Origin: a virus
Reading direction: 5' to 3' (one strand)
IMG/VR virus record: IMGVR_UViG_3300045988_119379
Coordinates: 87,113-151,112 of that record
Length of the DNA: 64,000 nt
A model generated the notes under the pieces. It was not told the DNA's origin and did not search any database. It was given only the letters and a program-made list of their open reading frames with translations. Shown piece after piece: positions 10,389 through 20,602 of this stretch; the first letter of the stretch is position 1, and each line of letters begins with the position of its first letter. Both the position numbers and the translations under genes were made by a program.

Positions 10389-10877
10389 ATGTTTTCAGAT
10401 TTGAAGAAAGGGTTTCAGGTACATACCCTTGATACTAATACAGTACCTAAATACGAATTGGGAAAGGTAGTAGCCGTATCCGAACCCAGGTATCTTCCTC
10501 CTCAGCCAGGTCAGTATCAGGCGATGCAGACCCGCGTGGTGGATCTGACGGTAGAGCTCACTGGCGAAACCAAGACCTATACGGTCCCGGAATCCCAGAA
10601 TGTGGCTAAGGCTATGGGCATAACATTATCTACCAGCATAGATCCGATTATGAACGAACTGAATGCTATAAAAAACACCAGTCAAGACATAATAAACAGC
10701 GTAGATGCCCATCGTGCCAAGATAGAGGCTTGTGAATCTATATTAGAAGACATCAATCCGGCATTCAAACAAACGAGAGAGCAGGATCGTAAAATAGCTG
10801 GTATAGAAAATAAGGTGAATGACCTTACTGATTCATTCGAAGATTTAAAGAAGTTAATTGTAGAACGTTTGAAATAA
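10389..10877 (+). CDS. hypothetical protein (~162 aa), C-terminal coiled coil
   Basis: ORF with ATG 10389 (track alt-start TTG 10383); TAA stop. Confidence 0.55.
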   Translation: MFSDLKKGFQVHTLDTNTVPKYELGKVVAVSEPRYLPPQPGQYQAMQTRVVDLTVELTGETKTYTVPESQNVAKAMGITLSTSIDPIMNELNAIKNTSQDIINSVDAHRAKIEACESILEDINPAFKQTREQDRKIAGIENKVNDLTDSFEDLKKLIVERLK

Positions 10878-10884
10878 GTATAAT

Positions 10885-11253
10885 ATGATAGTATATGATT
10901 TAAATTCAGGACACAGAGAATATCCTGGATATGACGAGATAGAAGACAGACGAGGTGGAGGCAGAGGCAGAAGCCGGCGTTCTGATGGGACGTACATGGG
11001 GTACGGTGGTGGTATTTACGACCATTACGGTATGCATGAGAAGATGAAAGAAATGGAAGAACGCGAAAACGAGCTGGAAGAAAGGGAAAGAAGGCTCGAA
11101 GAGCGCGAACGTCGTCATGAAATGGAGGACCGGGAATACCGGAGGATGGGTTACGAATCCTACCCGACCGATTACTATGGAGACGACAGATACTACGGTG
11201 ACGGACCTCAGATGCGTAGAGGTCGCGGACGTGGCAGAGGTCGTTCTTATTGA
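10885..11253 (+). CDS. RG/RGG-rich, Glu-Arg repeat low-complexity protein (122 aa): GGGRGRSRR...EERENELEERERRLEERERRHE...RGRGRGRGRSY
   Basis: ORF with ATG 10885, TGA stop 11251; extreme charge periodicity; next ORF is in the same frame after the TGA. Confidence 0.5.
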   Translation: MIVYDLNSGHREYPGYDEIEDRRGGGRGRSRRSDGTYMGYGGGIYDHYGMHEKMKEMEERENELEERERRLEERERRHEMEDREYRRMGYESYPTDYYGDDRYYGDGPQMRRGRGRGRGRSY

Positions 11254-11346
11254 GGAGCAGACGCAGAGGATCCAGCTTATCAGAAATATGTAGATACTTA
11301 CGGCTACCATTTTTCTAATGCTCTTGCTGATGAGGCGGTAAAGAAG

Positions 11347-11640
11347 ATGGTCAACGTCGATGGATCCAAGAGGATCTGGAAGCAGCCGGAAATAAAAGAT
11401 ATTTTTGAAAAGTGCGGAGCGAAGAAGCCGGATAAAGCGACATGGGGCGATGTCCAATATGTCTTTGCAATGTACTATTCGGATGGTTTTCCGAAGGTCT
11501 TCAAATGTGAGAACGAGTTGGTGAAAGCTACGTTAATGTATTTGGATGATCCGGATGCTCCCGAAGGAGTAGCCTTTATAAGATGGCTTGCCGTGCAAGA
11601 TTACCTCGGCGAAAAAATAAACTGGAAGGATCTGACCTGA
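11347..11640 (+). CDS. hypothetical protein (97 aa); frame is open back to the TGA at 11251 (possible longer product or readthrough)
   Basis: ORF; same frame as 10885-11253; TGA stop; followed by hairpin plus T tract. Confidence 0.5.
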   Translation: MVNVDGSKRIWKQPEIKDIFEKCGAKKPDKATWGDVQYVFAMYYSDGFPKVFKCENELVKATLMYLDDPDAPEGVAFIRWLAVQDYLGEKINWKDLT

Positions 11641-11745
11641 GATCCAGACCCAGGTCCTTCCGGTGGTGCGGGAGCCATAGTAAAAAATATGATTCCCGCA
11701 TTCCCGTTTTTCCCGTTTGGAAAAAAAAGGAATAAAAATATTATA

Positions 11746-11786
11746 CCGGTCGGCGGGCAATAGAATACCCGTGGCCGGTTTGTTTC
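11746..11786 (+). terminator. candidate rho-independent terminator (CCGG..CGGG / CCCG..CCGG interrupted stem plus TTTGTTT)
   Basis: GC-rich imperfect hairpin followed by T-rich run about 105 nt after stop at 11640. Confidence 0.35.
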
Positions 11787-11857
11787 ACATAACTTTTTTT
11801 TGGACATGAATATAGCACACGAATCTAAATCGAATAAACCCCCCTTGTATTTAATAT

Positions 11858-12172
11858 ATGATGGACGGAAATCAGTTAGAGTATGTATTTGACAACATTA
11901 ATTTAGATCATATCACATTTAAAGGTAATGGTAAAGAACCTTTTTCATTTAACAGAGCCCTTGTTGAAAATTTAATTGAGACATTTGAAACTATGCATGA
12001 TATATATTCCGATAATTGCAAGCTTAAGGTTTATACTGGTAATTGCATAATTCAATTGAGCGCAGATTCAAAGGACTTAAGTGAATCCTTTTTTGACGTA
12101 TATGATAGAGATGAGATGAAAATGATATATACTATACACAATAGTATCTTGAAAGAAATGCTTATCATATGA
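11858..12172 (+). CDS. hypothetical protein (104 aa)
   Basis: ORF; ATGA overlap with next gene. Confidence 0.55.
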   Translation: MMDGNQLEYVFDNINLDHITFKGNGKEPFSFNRALVENLIETFETMHDIYSDNCKLKVYTGNCIIQLSADSKDLSESFFDVYDRDEMKMIYTIHNSILKEMLII

Positions 12173-12486
12173 TTACTAAACAAGATATACAAGTAGCAGC
12201 ATCGTATATTTTCCGAAGCAGTTTTGTCTCGGAGGACCAGGCAAGGAAAGCAATGGTAAAAGCCGGCAATAACGCTACCAAGATCCTCGTCAAGACCTTT
12301 AGAGGCAAGTTGTTCAAGAAAGCTTTTGAAAGAGCCCGTAGAGGAAAGGATATCAGTTCTTTTGAAAGACAGGAAAAAGAAAGTGGTTTCAATTTTCTAC
12401 ATAATCCTAATAATGGTCGTATGCAAAGCGGTCATATTATAATAGATGGAATTGGTCTGTTTAAACAAATAATTCATGAAAGGTAA
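12169..12486 (+). CDS. hypothetical basic protein (105 aa)
   Basis: ORF starting at ATG in ATGA overlap with upstream stop. Confidence 0.55.
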   Translation: MITKQDIQVAASYIFRSSFVSEDQARKAMVKAGNNATKILVKTFRGKLFKKAFERARRGKDISSFERQEKESGFNFLHNPNNGRMQSGHIIIDGIGLFKQIIHER

Positions 12487-12646
12487 AAAAGTTGATATTC
12501 GTTTAGGCAGAGGTCTGGCGAATCAGATTAAGATAAACAAAACCATCCCAGTGTCTCATAAACCAAAAGAAGAACGTCGAATGATGTTTGTTTGTGGTGA
12601 TGATATTGCTTCTCTTATAAAGCGGTTTGAAAATGAATCAAAGTAA
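12476..12646 (+). CDS. small Lys/Arg-rich ORF (56 aa) not in supplied track; ends 4 nt before a strong terminator
   Basis: ATG 12476 overlapping upstream stop by 11 nt; TAA 12644-12646; terminator immediately downstream. Confidence 0.3.
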   Translation: MKGKKVDIRLGRGLANQIKINKTIPVSHKPKEERRMMFVCGDDIASLIKRFENESK

Positions 12647-12650
12647 TATA

Positions 12651-12683
12651 AAGTCGGACATGTGTCTTGTCCGACTTTTTTTA
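12651..12683 (+). terminator. rho-independent terminator: 10-bp stem AAGTCGGACA / TGTCCGACTT, 7-nt loop, T5 (TTTTT) tail
   Basis: perfect 10-bp inverted repeat followed by T-run. Confidence 0.75.
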
Positions 12684-12695
12684 TATATTTGTGGC

Positions 12696-13019
12696 ATGGC
12701 AAGAGGTTATTATTGGATACCACAAACAGATGAAACGTTAAATGGCAGAAGCTATTACGTGGCTAAGATAGTAGGAGATATCACGTTTGATACTAAACGA
12801 AAAAGAATCGTATTTCAAGCTGATAGGTATTTCCCTGTAGGATCTGTTTTCCATTTTACGCACAATTGCTTCAATTATATCATAACTTGCCGACTTCGTA
12901 AGCCGGGGCTTTGGTTTGAAGCCAGGAGAGAGGATTCGGGCCCTATTTGCCCTGAAGATATTGAGCGCTTTGAATCGGGAAGGTTTATACACCGAGATGG
13001 GTACATGCATTACATATAA
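12696..13019 (+). CDS. hypothetical protein (107 aa); start moved to ATG 12696 because the track's upstream extension runs through the terminator hairpin
   Basis: ORF frame identical to track ORF 12627-13019; MARGYYWIP start after terminator. Confidence 0.5.
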   Translation: MARGYYWIPQTDETLNGRSYYVAKIVGDITFDTKRKRIVFQADRYFPVGSVFHFTHNCFNYIITCRLRKPGLWFEARREDSGPICPEDIERFESGRFIHRDGYMHYI

Positions 13020-13075
13020 GCTGAACTTGACGATTTTTTTCGTCAGATTATAATTTTTTTTTTATATCATTTTTA

Positions 13076-13112
13076 AGCCATCGGACTGAGAAGTTAGATG
13101 GCTCTATTTTTT
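13076..13112 (+). terminator. rho-independent terminator (AGCCATC / GATGGCT stem plus CTATTTTTT); a second small hairpin TGACGA-T6-TCGTCA at 13028-13045 precedes it
   Basis: 7-bp stem plus T-run 57 nt after stop 13019. Confidence 0.55.
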
Positions 13113-13164
13113 ATGACATGCTTGATTTTTAGCTACCTTTGTCACATAACAAAAATGTTTTATT

Positions 13165-16100
13165 ATGGCATCAACGTGTATTATTAAAAGAGATAATAAA
13201 AAGAAAGTTGTTTCTGTCTCTACCAGATCAGGGGATAGGTCTATGTTATTTGATAAAATAGCATCTATTCCTCTTATGGAGAACAGGGAACGGGCTACTA
13301 CTGTTTTTAAAACCGTATTTTCTAATAAGTTCTTAAAGGCTTTTGGCGACTGGAGAAAGAGAGTGCCTATCAACAAACAGGCCTACAATAAGGTGAAATC
13401 CAACATCGATCTTATTCCGGAAGCCTATAGAGAAAGGGTACTGGATAAGGCTTCTAAGATGAGTAATCCTGTTCTTGTGTCAAAATCAGATGCACCTTAT
13501 GAAATCCAAGAATCGGGCTTTGGATTTTACAGCCAAGATCTGGGTGATAATATTATGTTGGTAGATGCTATGGTCCCGTCAAGTATTTCCGTACCGGAAG
13601 AACCAGGAATAGACGCCGGGCAGTATCTACAAGATGCTATATCTTCGGACTTCACTCCCGTATCTATGGTACAGGATAAGGGTGTTAATTATATGGTTAT
13701 AAAGGACGGTCTTAAGATATTTAGCCCAGAAGAGTTACCAGAAACAGATTCTAATCCTGTGGGTGTAACGTATCAGACTGGAGAGCCTCGTTTGTTTTTC
13801 ATGAACGATCGTAGTCAATTATTTGAAGATTACGGAGAAGCTCTTCGCTCTGGCGGGAATGATATTAGAATAGGATTCTTATCAGGAACCGTTCAAGAAT
13901 CTACCGTGGATGGCGTGGCAGACATTACTTACAAAGCTGGAAAGTATGTTCTTAATAATCCCAAGTCTTTTATACCGGTCATGACCGCTTCTGCTTCTAC
14001 TTCTTTATCAACAAAAGGCGGGATAATTAACTACCTTATAAAGAAAGGTCTTTTGTCAGGATCTAAGATATTCGATTCTGAAACAAGAAGCTATCATCTT
14101 ACAGGAGAAGGTTATACAGGACAAATTAGACTTTTCAATTCAGCCTTATCATACACCGAGCTCCGTAATCATTTTGGTTCCGATGTTTCCATGAACGACC
14201 AAGGTATGATAACCATAAGCTCGTTGGATAACAGTAAGGTAACTATGAGACTCGCCACCGGAGGAACGGAAAGGGTTAGTGGGGAACAGATAAAGAACGA
14301 TCTTAAGTCAGGAAGATACAATGAATTGGACGCCAAGTACGATCATTTTGATGCGCTTGTAGTTTCATTCATATTAGAAGATAACGATCTTTATGCTGAT
14401 ACTAAAGCTAAGATCGTATCAGATTATAGCAGGCAGGAACGTGACCAACGAAATTCTATTGTCGAGATACTGAAAACTCTTGGCGTTAGTGTCATAGGTA
14501 TGACCGATTATATAGAGAAGTACCAAACCAAATACGGGCATGAACCTTCTGCTAAGGCATTGGCGGATATTGCCAATAACGTAATAGCAGTTGGTGAAGA
14601 TGCTACTTTATCTGATTTAGTAGAAGAAACAGCCCACTTCCTTGTAGAGGCATACAGAGATCAGAATGCTGTTGAGGCTGTTCTGCAAGATGTAGAAGGT
14701 ACGGAAGAGTGGAACCAGTATGCAGGTCAGTATTATAATACATACGGTAAAGCGTATGAAGGAGCTGAGCTTGATAATGCTGTTAGGAGAGAAATTCTTG
14801 GAAAGATCCTCGCCAGGGAGATGCAGACCGGCACAGCACAGGCGCCGGTAGAGCCCACCTCCTTCCTGGGGCGCGTCCGGCGGCTTTTCTCTGGAATAGT
14901 AAGCTGGCTTAAATCAGCTTTATCAACCCAAAGACAAGATTTGAATAACGTTATTAAAAACATTCGTGATCTTGCCATTACTGACATAGATAAAGGATTT
15001 GACACCTCTCTGTTAAAGGATAATGACTTTACATTATACTCCCTTTCTTCTATGAACAAGAACAAGTTTCTTGAGTCTAAGATCCTGGCATTAAGGAAAA
15101 CATTAAGAGACTTACGTCAGATAAGCTCTGATAGGGCTGTAACTACGTCTATGACCCTTGCGCAGCTTAAGACCATAGAAGATAAGATAAATAAAGTAGA
15201 GACCGAAATAGACAAGAATGAGATGGCGGCTGCCATGAACAGCATGATCTCCACAGCCGAAGCTCAGGTCAGATACTTAAGTAATGTGGTGAACACCATC
15301 CTTCATGGTGATACCAAAGACGGTAAGCTTCACTTCAATACCAATGATCGAAAGAACGTAGATATTATCAACAATCAGGTTCTTCCGATCATGAACGATC
15401 TTCGAGGATATATCCGTAACAGAAGTACCGAATTTGATGAACGTGAAAAGCAGGATTATACAAATAGGATCAATACCGTCATTGCCGACATCAATGGTAT
15501 TCAGTCTGATATTAAATCAGTACAAGACCTTGATGAAAGTACGTTGCTTGATAAGTTAATGAACGAACTTCATGTGCCGGCAGATAAGGTAAAGAGAGTA
15601 AAAGAATTTTTCGACAAGGTTCAACACGATGTTTCTTGGATAAGTAGGTGGTTTGGTATATTAGAGCATTCTTCCAGTCCGTTCAATAACGCTCTTGGAG
15701 CTATGATTGCCAAAGACAATTACAATGCGATGGTGAATGCCCAGCCCGCCATATCCGACTTCCTGGCATATGCTAAAAAGCATGGTTTTAACAAATCTGA
15801 ATTTGAAAAACTGCTTCAGAAAGTAGACGGCAAAACTTCTAATTACCTTCGTAGTGCTCTTGATATGGCTAAATACGATCGTAATAAGAAGCTGGCGCAG
15901 ATGCGAGCGTTTGCGACTGCCATGAACATAGAGATATCAGAAGAAGAAATTGGTGATGTGGTTGACAATAATCGTAATTACGTATTTAAAAGAGAAGTAG
16001 TTGACAAGGACGGAAATACGGTTACTGAAAACGCTAAATTTAAACCATCGTCCGATAGGGTTAATACCGATATTTTTACCATCGAGCAGGAAAAGATCTA

Positions 16101-19100
16101 TACGGAGCAGATGGAAAAGTGGGATGCTGAAAATTCAGAATTGGAATTTAGTGAAAGTTATGCCACAAGAATGGAATCCATATACAAAAAGGCTGAAGAA
16201 GAATTAGGACATCCGGTTTCTCAAACAACCAAAGAATACCTTAATGCCTTATCCCGGCAAAAACGGATATTGAGGCAGCCTTTTATTGATAGCGGTGGTA
16301 ATTTTGATGAGGTTGCCTACTATAAGAGTAGTAACTACGAAGAAGAAGGACTGCTTCGTAAACAACGTAAGGAGGCAGCTTCGGAATACATATATGTAGG
16401 AACCAGGAGAGTGGAAAAAACCGGCGACCAACTTAAGATGGCCAAAGAAATACAAGCCATAAATGAAGTTTGGAGAAAAGAATCAAATAATGCCACTAAT
16501 GCCGTATCAGAATCGTTTTTGCAAAAATTAAGAACGATTCAGAGCGAGTCTGGAGGAGAAGCTGCGCTGAAGACACTTATGTTGGGAGGTCACCTGTCAT
16601 TCAACGATCGGTTTTGGAATGATGTAGAATCAGAACAGTCGGCACGTACCGAATCAAATAACAAGGCTTCGTATCTTAAAATGGCGCATGATATCATTAG
16701 TTCTACGACAAGTGATAGAGATGCGACTGACGTGGATTCTATTGTGAAAGATATAGAAAAAAATAAGGCTATTATCAAGGAAATAATCGGAAACAATCGC
16801 GATGTGGCTGATATCGGAGAGATTAACGAAGCGACATTTACCTCATCTGAAAGAGATGCTTTTAGGGCCGCATCTGAAGCTATTGAAGCCGATTACGCTA
16901 TTTTGATAGATTATGCTAAGGTGGTGGGTCTTGAAGATATTGATAAGTACCTTACTAAAAGCAGTAAGGCTGAAAACGAAGTAAATCAGTCTTATTTAAA
17001 TGCTCTTGCTGACTCCAAGGAAGTGGAATGGAAGTTCGTACAACGTCATACTACGGCGAAGAAAGCAAAAAGGATTCAGGCTTTAAGGGATAAGCTGTTT
17101 AAGGCTGCTGATAACCGATATCTGTTTACCGTATCTGAAACCAACTACCTGTCAGAAAAGCTTGGTATAAGCAAAGAATTAGACGGTAGAGATTTCAGGA
17201 ATGCTGTTAATGCTAAGATGGCCAGCTTATTTTTAAATAATACAAGAGAAGAGGGCGTAGAAGAAGCTAATGCTATTGTTAATGAATTTGCCAGAAGCCA
17301 GGTTTTTTCGTACTATAAACGCATGGCGCCTACCGGATATGCAGCTATGATCGACAAAATCGGTCGAGGTGAGATAGATGTGGCGCAAATGGTTAAGGAC
17401 GTACAAAACGGTACATCCACCCAAGATTATGGCATGGACATATCGTACTTGTCTTTCGACCCTGCAAGGGCATGGGTGGCTGAATCTGAAGCCGAAAATA
17501 GCGGTCGTAATCCTGATTATGTAAAAGATCATGGGTATGGTCATCGAATGCCTAAGAAAAGCCTGTATCGTGACGAATCGTATTTCAATGACTTTGGTAT
17601 CAAGTATGATGCTGACGGTAATGAGGTTGCTACTAAAAACGTAGAGCAGTGGAATATGATTCAAAAACTCAAGGAAATAAAAAGACAATCCCTTGATCTA
17701 TACAAAGAGCAGAGCCCGAATCTGTATGCTATTCCACAGATATCCAAACAAGATATAGAACGTGTAGAAGGATTGGGTATTAACTTCAAAAATACGGTTC
17801 GTAATTTTGTATCAGATCTGTGCCTGGACAGAGTAGACGATTCTCTATATGGTAAGACCAGGCAAGGAGAAGTGTATGATCCAGAAGACAGGCTTAGGTC
17901 TATACCTAAATACTACATATATGAATTGGAGAACCAAGATGATGTATCTCACGATTTTGGCTACTCTTATTCGATGCTTATGATGCAGTCATCGTTATAC
18001 AACGAAAAGCAGAAGTCTATAGAGCTCGCTCAAGGACTGGAGCAGATGTTACTAAATAAACAATTTGAAGGTGGTAAAAAGGCTGAAGCAACCCAAGCAT
18101 ATCAGATGTTCAGGGACTTCTTCAACGATCATTATTATGGCATTAGAATGAACACCAAAAAACTTACGGTGAACATCGGAGGATATACGGTAGACCTTAC
18201 AAGAATTATGATGGCTGTTGAAAGGTTTATGTCGGTCATGAACTTGGCACTGTCTCCATTTGTGGCAGCTACCGGCGCCTTAACAGGTCATATCAACCTC
18301 ATCATGGAATCTGCCGTAGGACAGTATATAAGCAAAGACTCCCTTAAATACGCATCGGCTGAATTTTCACGCCTTGCTCCATCTTGTATAGCAGAAACCG
18401 GAGACATAGATAGGAAAAGCAAATTATATGTCATAGGTGAGAGAATGGGGATATTCAATATCCGAAATCGTATGTATGGTGCCGGATACAATAGAGCGGC
18501 CAGGACCTTAATGCGTTCGCCTATGTATGCTTTTATGGAAATCCTGAACTACCCTCTTGATCCGCAGGTTATGATTGCTACTATGGACAATGTTCGTTAT
18601 TACAAAGGCCGGTTCTACACGTTCCAAGATTTCAAGATGGAAAAAGAACGCAATAAAGAACAGAGTACCATAAAAAGAGAATGGAACGCATTAAAAGATC
18701 GTACTTTATGGAGTATGGTAGACGTCGTGGATGGGAAGGTGGTTGTAAAGCCAGGATCGGGTGTTACTGTTGAGGAAGTAGAAACCCAGATGGCTATAAC
18801 CAGAAATCAAGTTCGTAGCTTGTCGCAGATATGCAACGGATCTTTGAATGAAGAAAACCGAACTGCCGCATCGCGCAACTGGATAGCCAGGTTCATGACC
18901 GCCCACCGAGGATGGTTGGTGCTGTCGGCTCAACGTCTGTGGAAAAGACGTGGCTTCAATTTCCAGACAATGCAAGAAGAGGAAGGGTTGTCAATTACGT
19001 TAAAGAATATGATAGCCAAAACATTTAGCCTGGCTTCCGAGTCTGGTATGAAAAACATCATAGATGCCTGGAATGAAAATAAAGACAATATGAATGAGGT

Positions 19101-19587
19101 AGAAAAAACCAATCTCAAACGTCTCAGTGTCTATGCCGGCACGTTCCTTATCATGCAGGCCGTATCTATGCTTCTTGCCGGATGGCGTGATGATGATGAA
19201 AACGAAGAAAGTTGGCTTACTCAATTTGGATCCTATGTCGGATTCAGAACCATAAACGAAATAGCTTCACAGATGCCGTTTATTATGGAGCTTAACGTGG
19301 TAGATATCATTAACGATCCGTTTGTTATGGGGCGAAAACTGAAGGATCTTACCGATCTTAGGAATTATTCACTTGATAAAGTAACATCCGGTACATACAA
19401 GGGAGAGTCTAAGTTATTTAGGCAACTCGCCAAACAGACGTTTATCAAACAATGGTATAATATCAAGACGCCGGAAGACGTAGCGCGCGCCTATAATTGG
19501 TGGCAGCAGACGAACAACAAGTCAATGATGTTCTTCATCGGCGCTACTCCTGATTCGGAAGGGGACGATGATGTTAGCTACAAGTAG
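13165..19587 (+). CDS. giant hypothetical protein (2140 aa); coiled-coil rich; no recognised catalytic motif; possible virion/ejected cargo protein
   Basis: 6.4 kb uninterrupted ORF; TACCTTTG motif 27 nt upstream of ATG; terminator at 19724-19766. Confidence 0.75.
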   Translation: MASTCIIKRDNKKKVVSVSTRSGDRSMLFDKIASIPLMENRERATTVFKTVFSNKFLKAFGDWRKRVPINKQAYNKVKSNIDLIPEAYRERVLDKASKMSNPVLVSKSDAPYEIQESGFGFYSQDLGDNIMLVDAMVPSSISVPEEPGIDAGQYLQDAISSDFTPVSMVQDKGVNYMVIKDGLKIFSPEELPETDSNPVGVTYQTGEPRLFFMNDRSQLFEDYGEALRSGGNDIRIGFLSGTVQESTVDGVADITYKAGKYVLNNPKSFIPVMTASASTSLSTKGGIINYLIKKGLLSGSKIFDSETRSYHLTGEGYTGQIRLFNSALSYTELRNHFGSDVSMNDQGMITISSLDNSKVTMRLATGGTERVSGEQIKNDLKSGRYNELDAKYDHFDALVVSFILEDNDLYADTKAKIVSDYSRQERDQRNSIVEILKTLGVSVIGMTDYIEKYQTKYGHEPSAKALADIANNVIAVGEDATLSDLVEETAHFLVEAYRDQNAVEAVLQDVEGTEEWNQYAGQYYNTYGKAYEGAELDNAVRREILGKILAREMQTGTAQAPVEPTSFLGRVRRLFSGIVSWLKSALSTQRQDLNNVIKNIRDLAITDIDKGFDTSLLKDNDFTLYSLSSMNKNKFLESKILALRKTLRDLRQISSDRAVTTSMTLAQLKTIEDKINKVETEIDKNEMAAAMNSMISTAEAQVRYLSNVVNTILHGDTKDGKLHFNTNDRKNVDIINNQVLPIMNDLRGYIRNRSTEFDEREKQDYTNRINTVIADINGIQSDIKSVQDLDESTLLDKLMNELHVPADKVKRVKEFFDKVQHDVSWISRWFGILEHSSSPFNNALGAMIAKDNYNAMVNAQPAISDFLAYAKKHGFNKSEFEKLLQKVDGKTSNYLRSALDMAKYDRNKKLAQMRAFATAMNIEISEEEIGDVVDNNRNYVFKREVVDKDGNTVTENAKFKPSSDRVNTDIFTIEQEKIYTEQMEKWDAENSELEFSESYATRMESIYKKAEEELGHPVSQTTKEYLNALSRQKRILRQPFIDSGGNFDEVAYYKSSNYEEEGLLRKQRKEAASEYIYVGTRRVEKTGDQLKMAKEIQAINEVWRKESNNATNAVSESFLQKLRTIQSESGGEAALKTLMLGGHLSFNDRFWNDVESEQSARTESNNKASYLKMAHDIISSTTSDRDATDVDSIVKDIEKNKAIIKEIIGNNRDVADIGEINEATFTSSERDAFRAASEAIEADYAILIDYAKVVGLEDIDKYLTKSSKAENEVNQSYLNALADSKEVEWKFVQRHTTAKKAKRIQALRDKLFKAADNRYLFTVSETNYLSEKLGISKELDGRDFRNAVNAKMASLFLNNTREEGVEEANAIVNEFARSQVFSYYKRMAPTGYAAMIDKIGRGEIDVAQMVKDVQNGTSTQDYGMDISYLSFDPARAWVAESEAENSGRNPDYVKDHGYGHRMPKKSLYRDESYFNDFGIKYDADGNEVATKNVEQWNMIQKLKEIKRQSLDLYKEQSPNLYAIPQISKQDIERVEGLGINFKNTVRNFVSDLCLDRVDDSLYGKTRQGEVYDPEDRLRSIPKYYIYELENQDDVSHDFGYSYSMLMMQSSLYNEKQKSIELAQGLEQMLLNKQFEGGKKAEATQAYQMFRDFFNDHYYGIRMNTKKLTVNIGGYTVDLTRIMMAVERFMSVMNLALSPFVAATGALTGHINLIMESAVGQYISKDSLKYASAEFSRLAPSCIAETGDIDRKSKLYVIGERMGIFNIRNRMYGAGYNRAARTLMRSPMYAFMEILNYPLDPQVMIATMDNVRYYKGRFYTFQDFKMEKERNKEQSTIKREWNALKDRTLWSMVDVVDGKVVVKPGSGVTVEEVETQMAITRNQVRSLSQICNGSLNEENRTAASRNWIARFMTAHRGWLVLSAQRLWKRRGFNFQTMQEEEGLSITLKNMIAKTFSLASESGMKNIIDAWNENKDNMNEVEKTNLKRLSVYAGTFLIMQAVSMLLAGWRDDDENEESWLTQFGSYVGFRTINEIASQMPFIMELNVVDIINDPFVMGRKLKDLTDLRNYSLDKVTSGTYKGESKLFRQLAKQTFIKQWYNIKTPEDVARAYNWWQQTNNKSMMFFIGATPDSEGDDDVSYK

Positions 19588-19723
19588 ACGAAGAATATCG
19601 GACTTGCATTGTTTTTGTATGATTCCAATATGTTATATTAGCATCGTCAAAGAGTAGATTGTACGTTTTTTGTTCTTACTTGAAAGATTATGTAGGTTTA
19701 ATTTTTTCTGAAATTGTTTTCTT

Positions 19724-19766
19724 ACCGGTTCTCAGTCAGAGATGATAGGGAACCGGTTTCTTTTAT
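19724..19766 (+). terminator. rho-independent terminator: 8-bp stem ACCGGTTC / GAACCGGT plus TTCTTTTAT
   Basis: perfect 8-bp inverted repeat with 18-nt loop followed by T-rich tail, 137 nt after giant gene stop. Confidence 0.65.
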
Positions 19767-19800
19767 GTTGTCAATTATTGCTATCTTGCAAACAAAAATC

Positions 19801-20235
19801 ATGAGACGAAGATTTCAAATAGGGATGGGGGTAAATCCCTCGCTTATAATCAATAAAGGCATATACATCCAACATGTAGATGGAGGATTATATACAAAAG
19901 AAAATTGGTCTAATAAAGGATATTCCAATGATCTATGCAATGGAATAGCTCTTGTAGATAAAGTGTGTTTTGTTATAGCCACCGAATATATTGGCACATT
20001 TCGTTGGGGTAAGGATGGAGTAATAGACAATGCATTTGCACAAAATAGTTCTTATATGGAAACCGTTAAAAAGGATTATTGGGGGCGTGAAAATCAGAAT
20101 GCGTATCTTGAATATGATACCAGTAATGGAAATTACGCTTTTAATAAAGCTAATAGCTATTTATTTAAAAATGGTCAAAATGGATATGTAGGTGGCGCCG
20201 GAGAGTTTTTTTTTGATATCATTGTATGCGAATGA
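19801..20235 (+). CDS. hypothetical protein (144 aa)
   Basis: ATG 19801 downstream of terminator (track alt-start 19714 would run through the terminator). Confidence 0.5.
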   Translation: MRRRFQIGMGVNPSLIINKGIYIQHVDGGLYTKENWSNKGYSNDLCNGIALVDKVCFVIATEYIGTFRWGKDGVIDNAFAQNSSYMETVKKDYWGRENQNAYLEYDTSNGNYAFNKANSYLFKNGQNGYVGGAGEFFFDIIVCE

Positions 20236-20602
20236 AATAAACGAATGCCTTTTAATGGTAGGAGGTACGATAATAAGTAATAAAATGTGGACATCCACTC
20301 AATCTACACAATTTACCTATTCGTGGTATTATGATATAAACATCCAAGGAGATCATTTGAGTACAAGTACAAGGAGTAATCCACGTTATGTCCGTCCTTT
20401 TACTGAATTAATTTTATGAAATTATGAGAAGAAGATATCAAAATAATGCTAAACTATATGAGTATAAGATAGTTAGTAACTGTATAGGGGGGGGTGTTAT
20501 GTAAATAATGAACTTATCGGAACCGTCCCTGATGGTGGTGAGCTTATATACCAATCTTCTAAAAAACGGTTGGATACTGTGTATATTCGAGGAGGTGTTC
20601 CA

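Noticed and set aside
11251-11253. Genome-wide TGA recoding (stop-codon reassignment, as in some crAss-like and Lak phages)
   Set aside because: TGA (like TAA) terminates many well-delimited ORFs here (for example 5624, 9893, 10330, 11638, 24270, 29614, 31143). The single run-on frame after 11251 is more likely local readthrough or chance. No in-frame TAG/TGA was seen inside motif-bearing genes.
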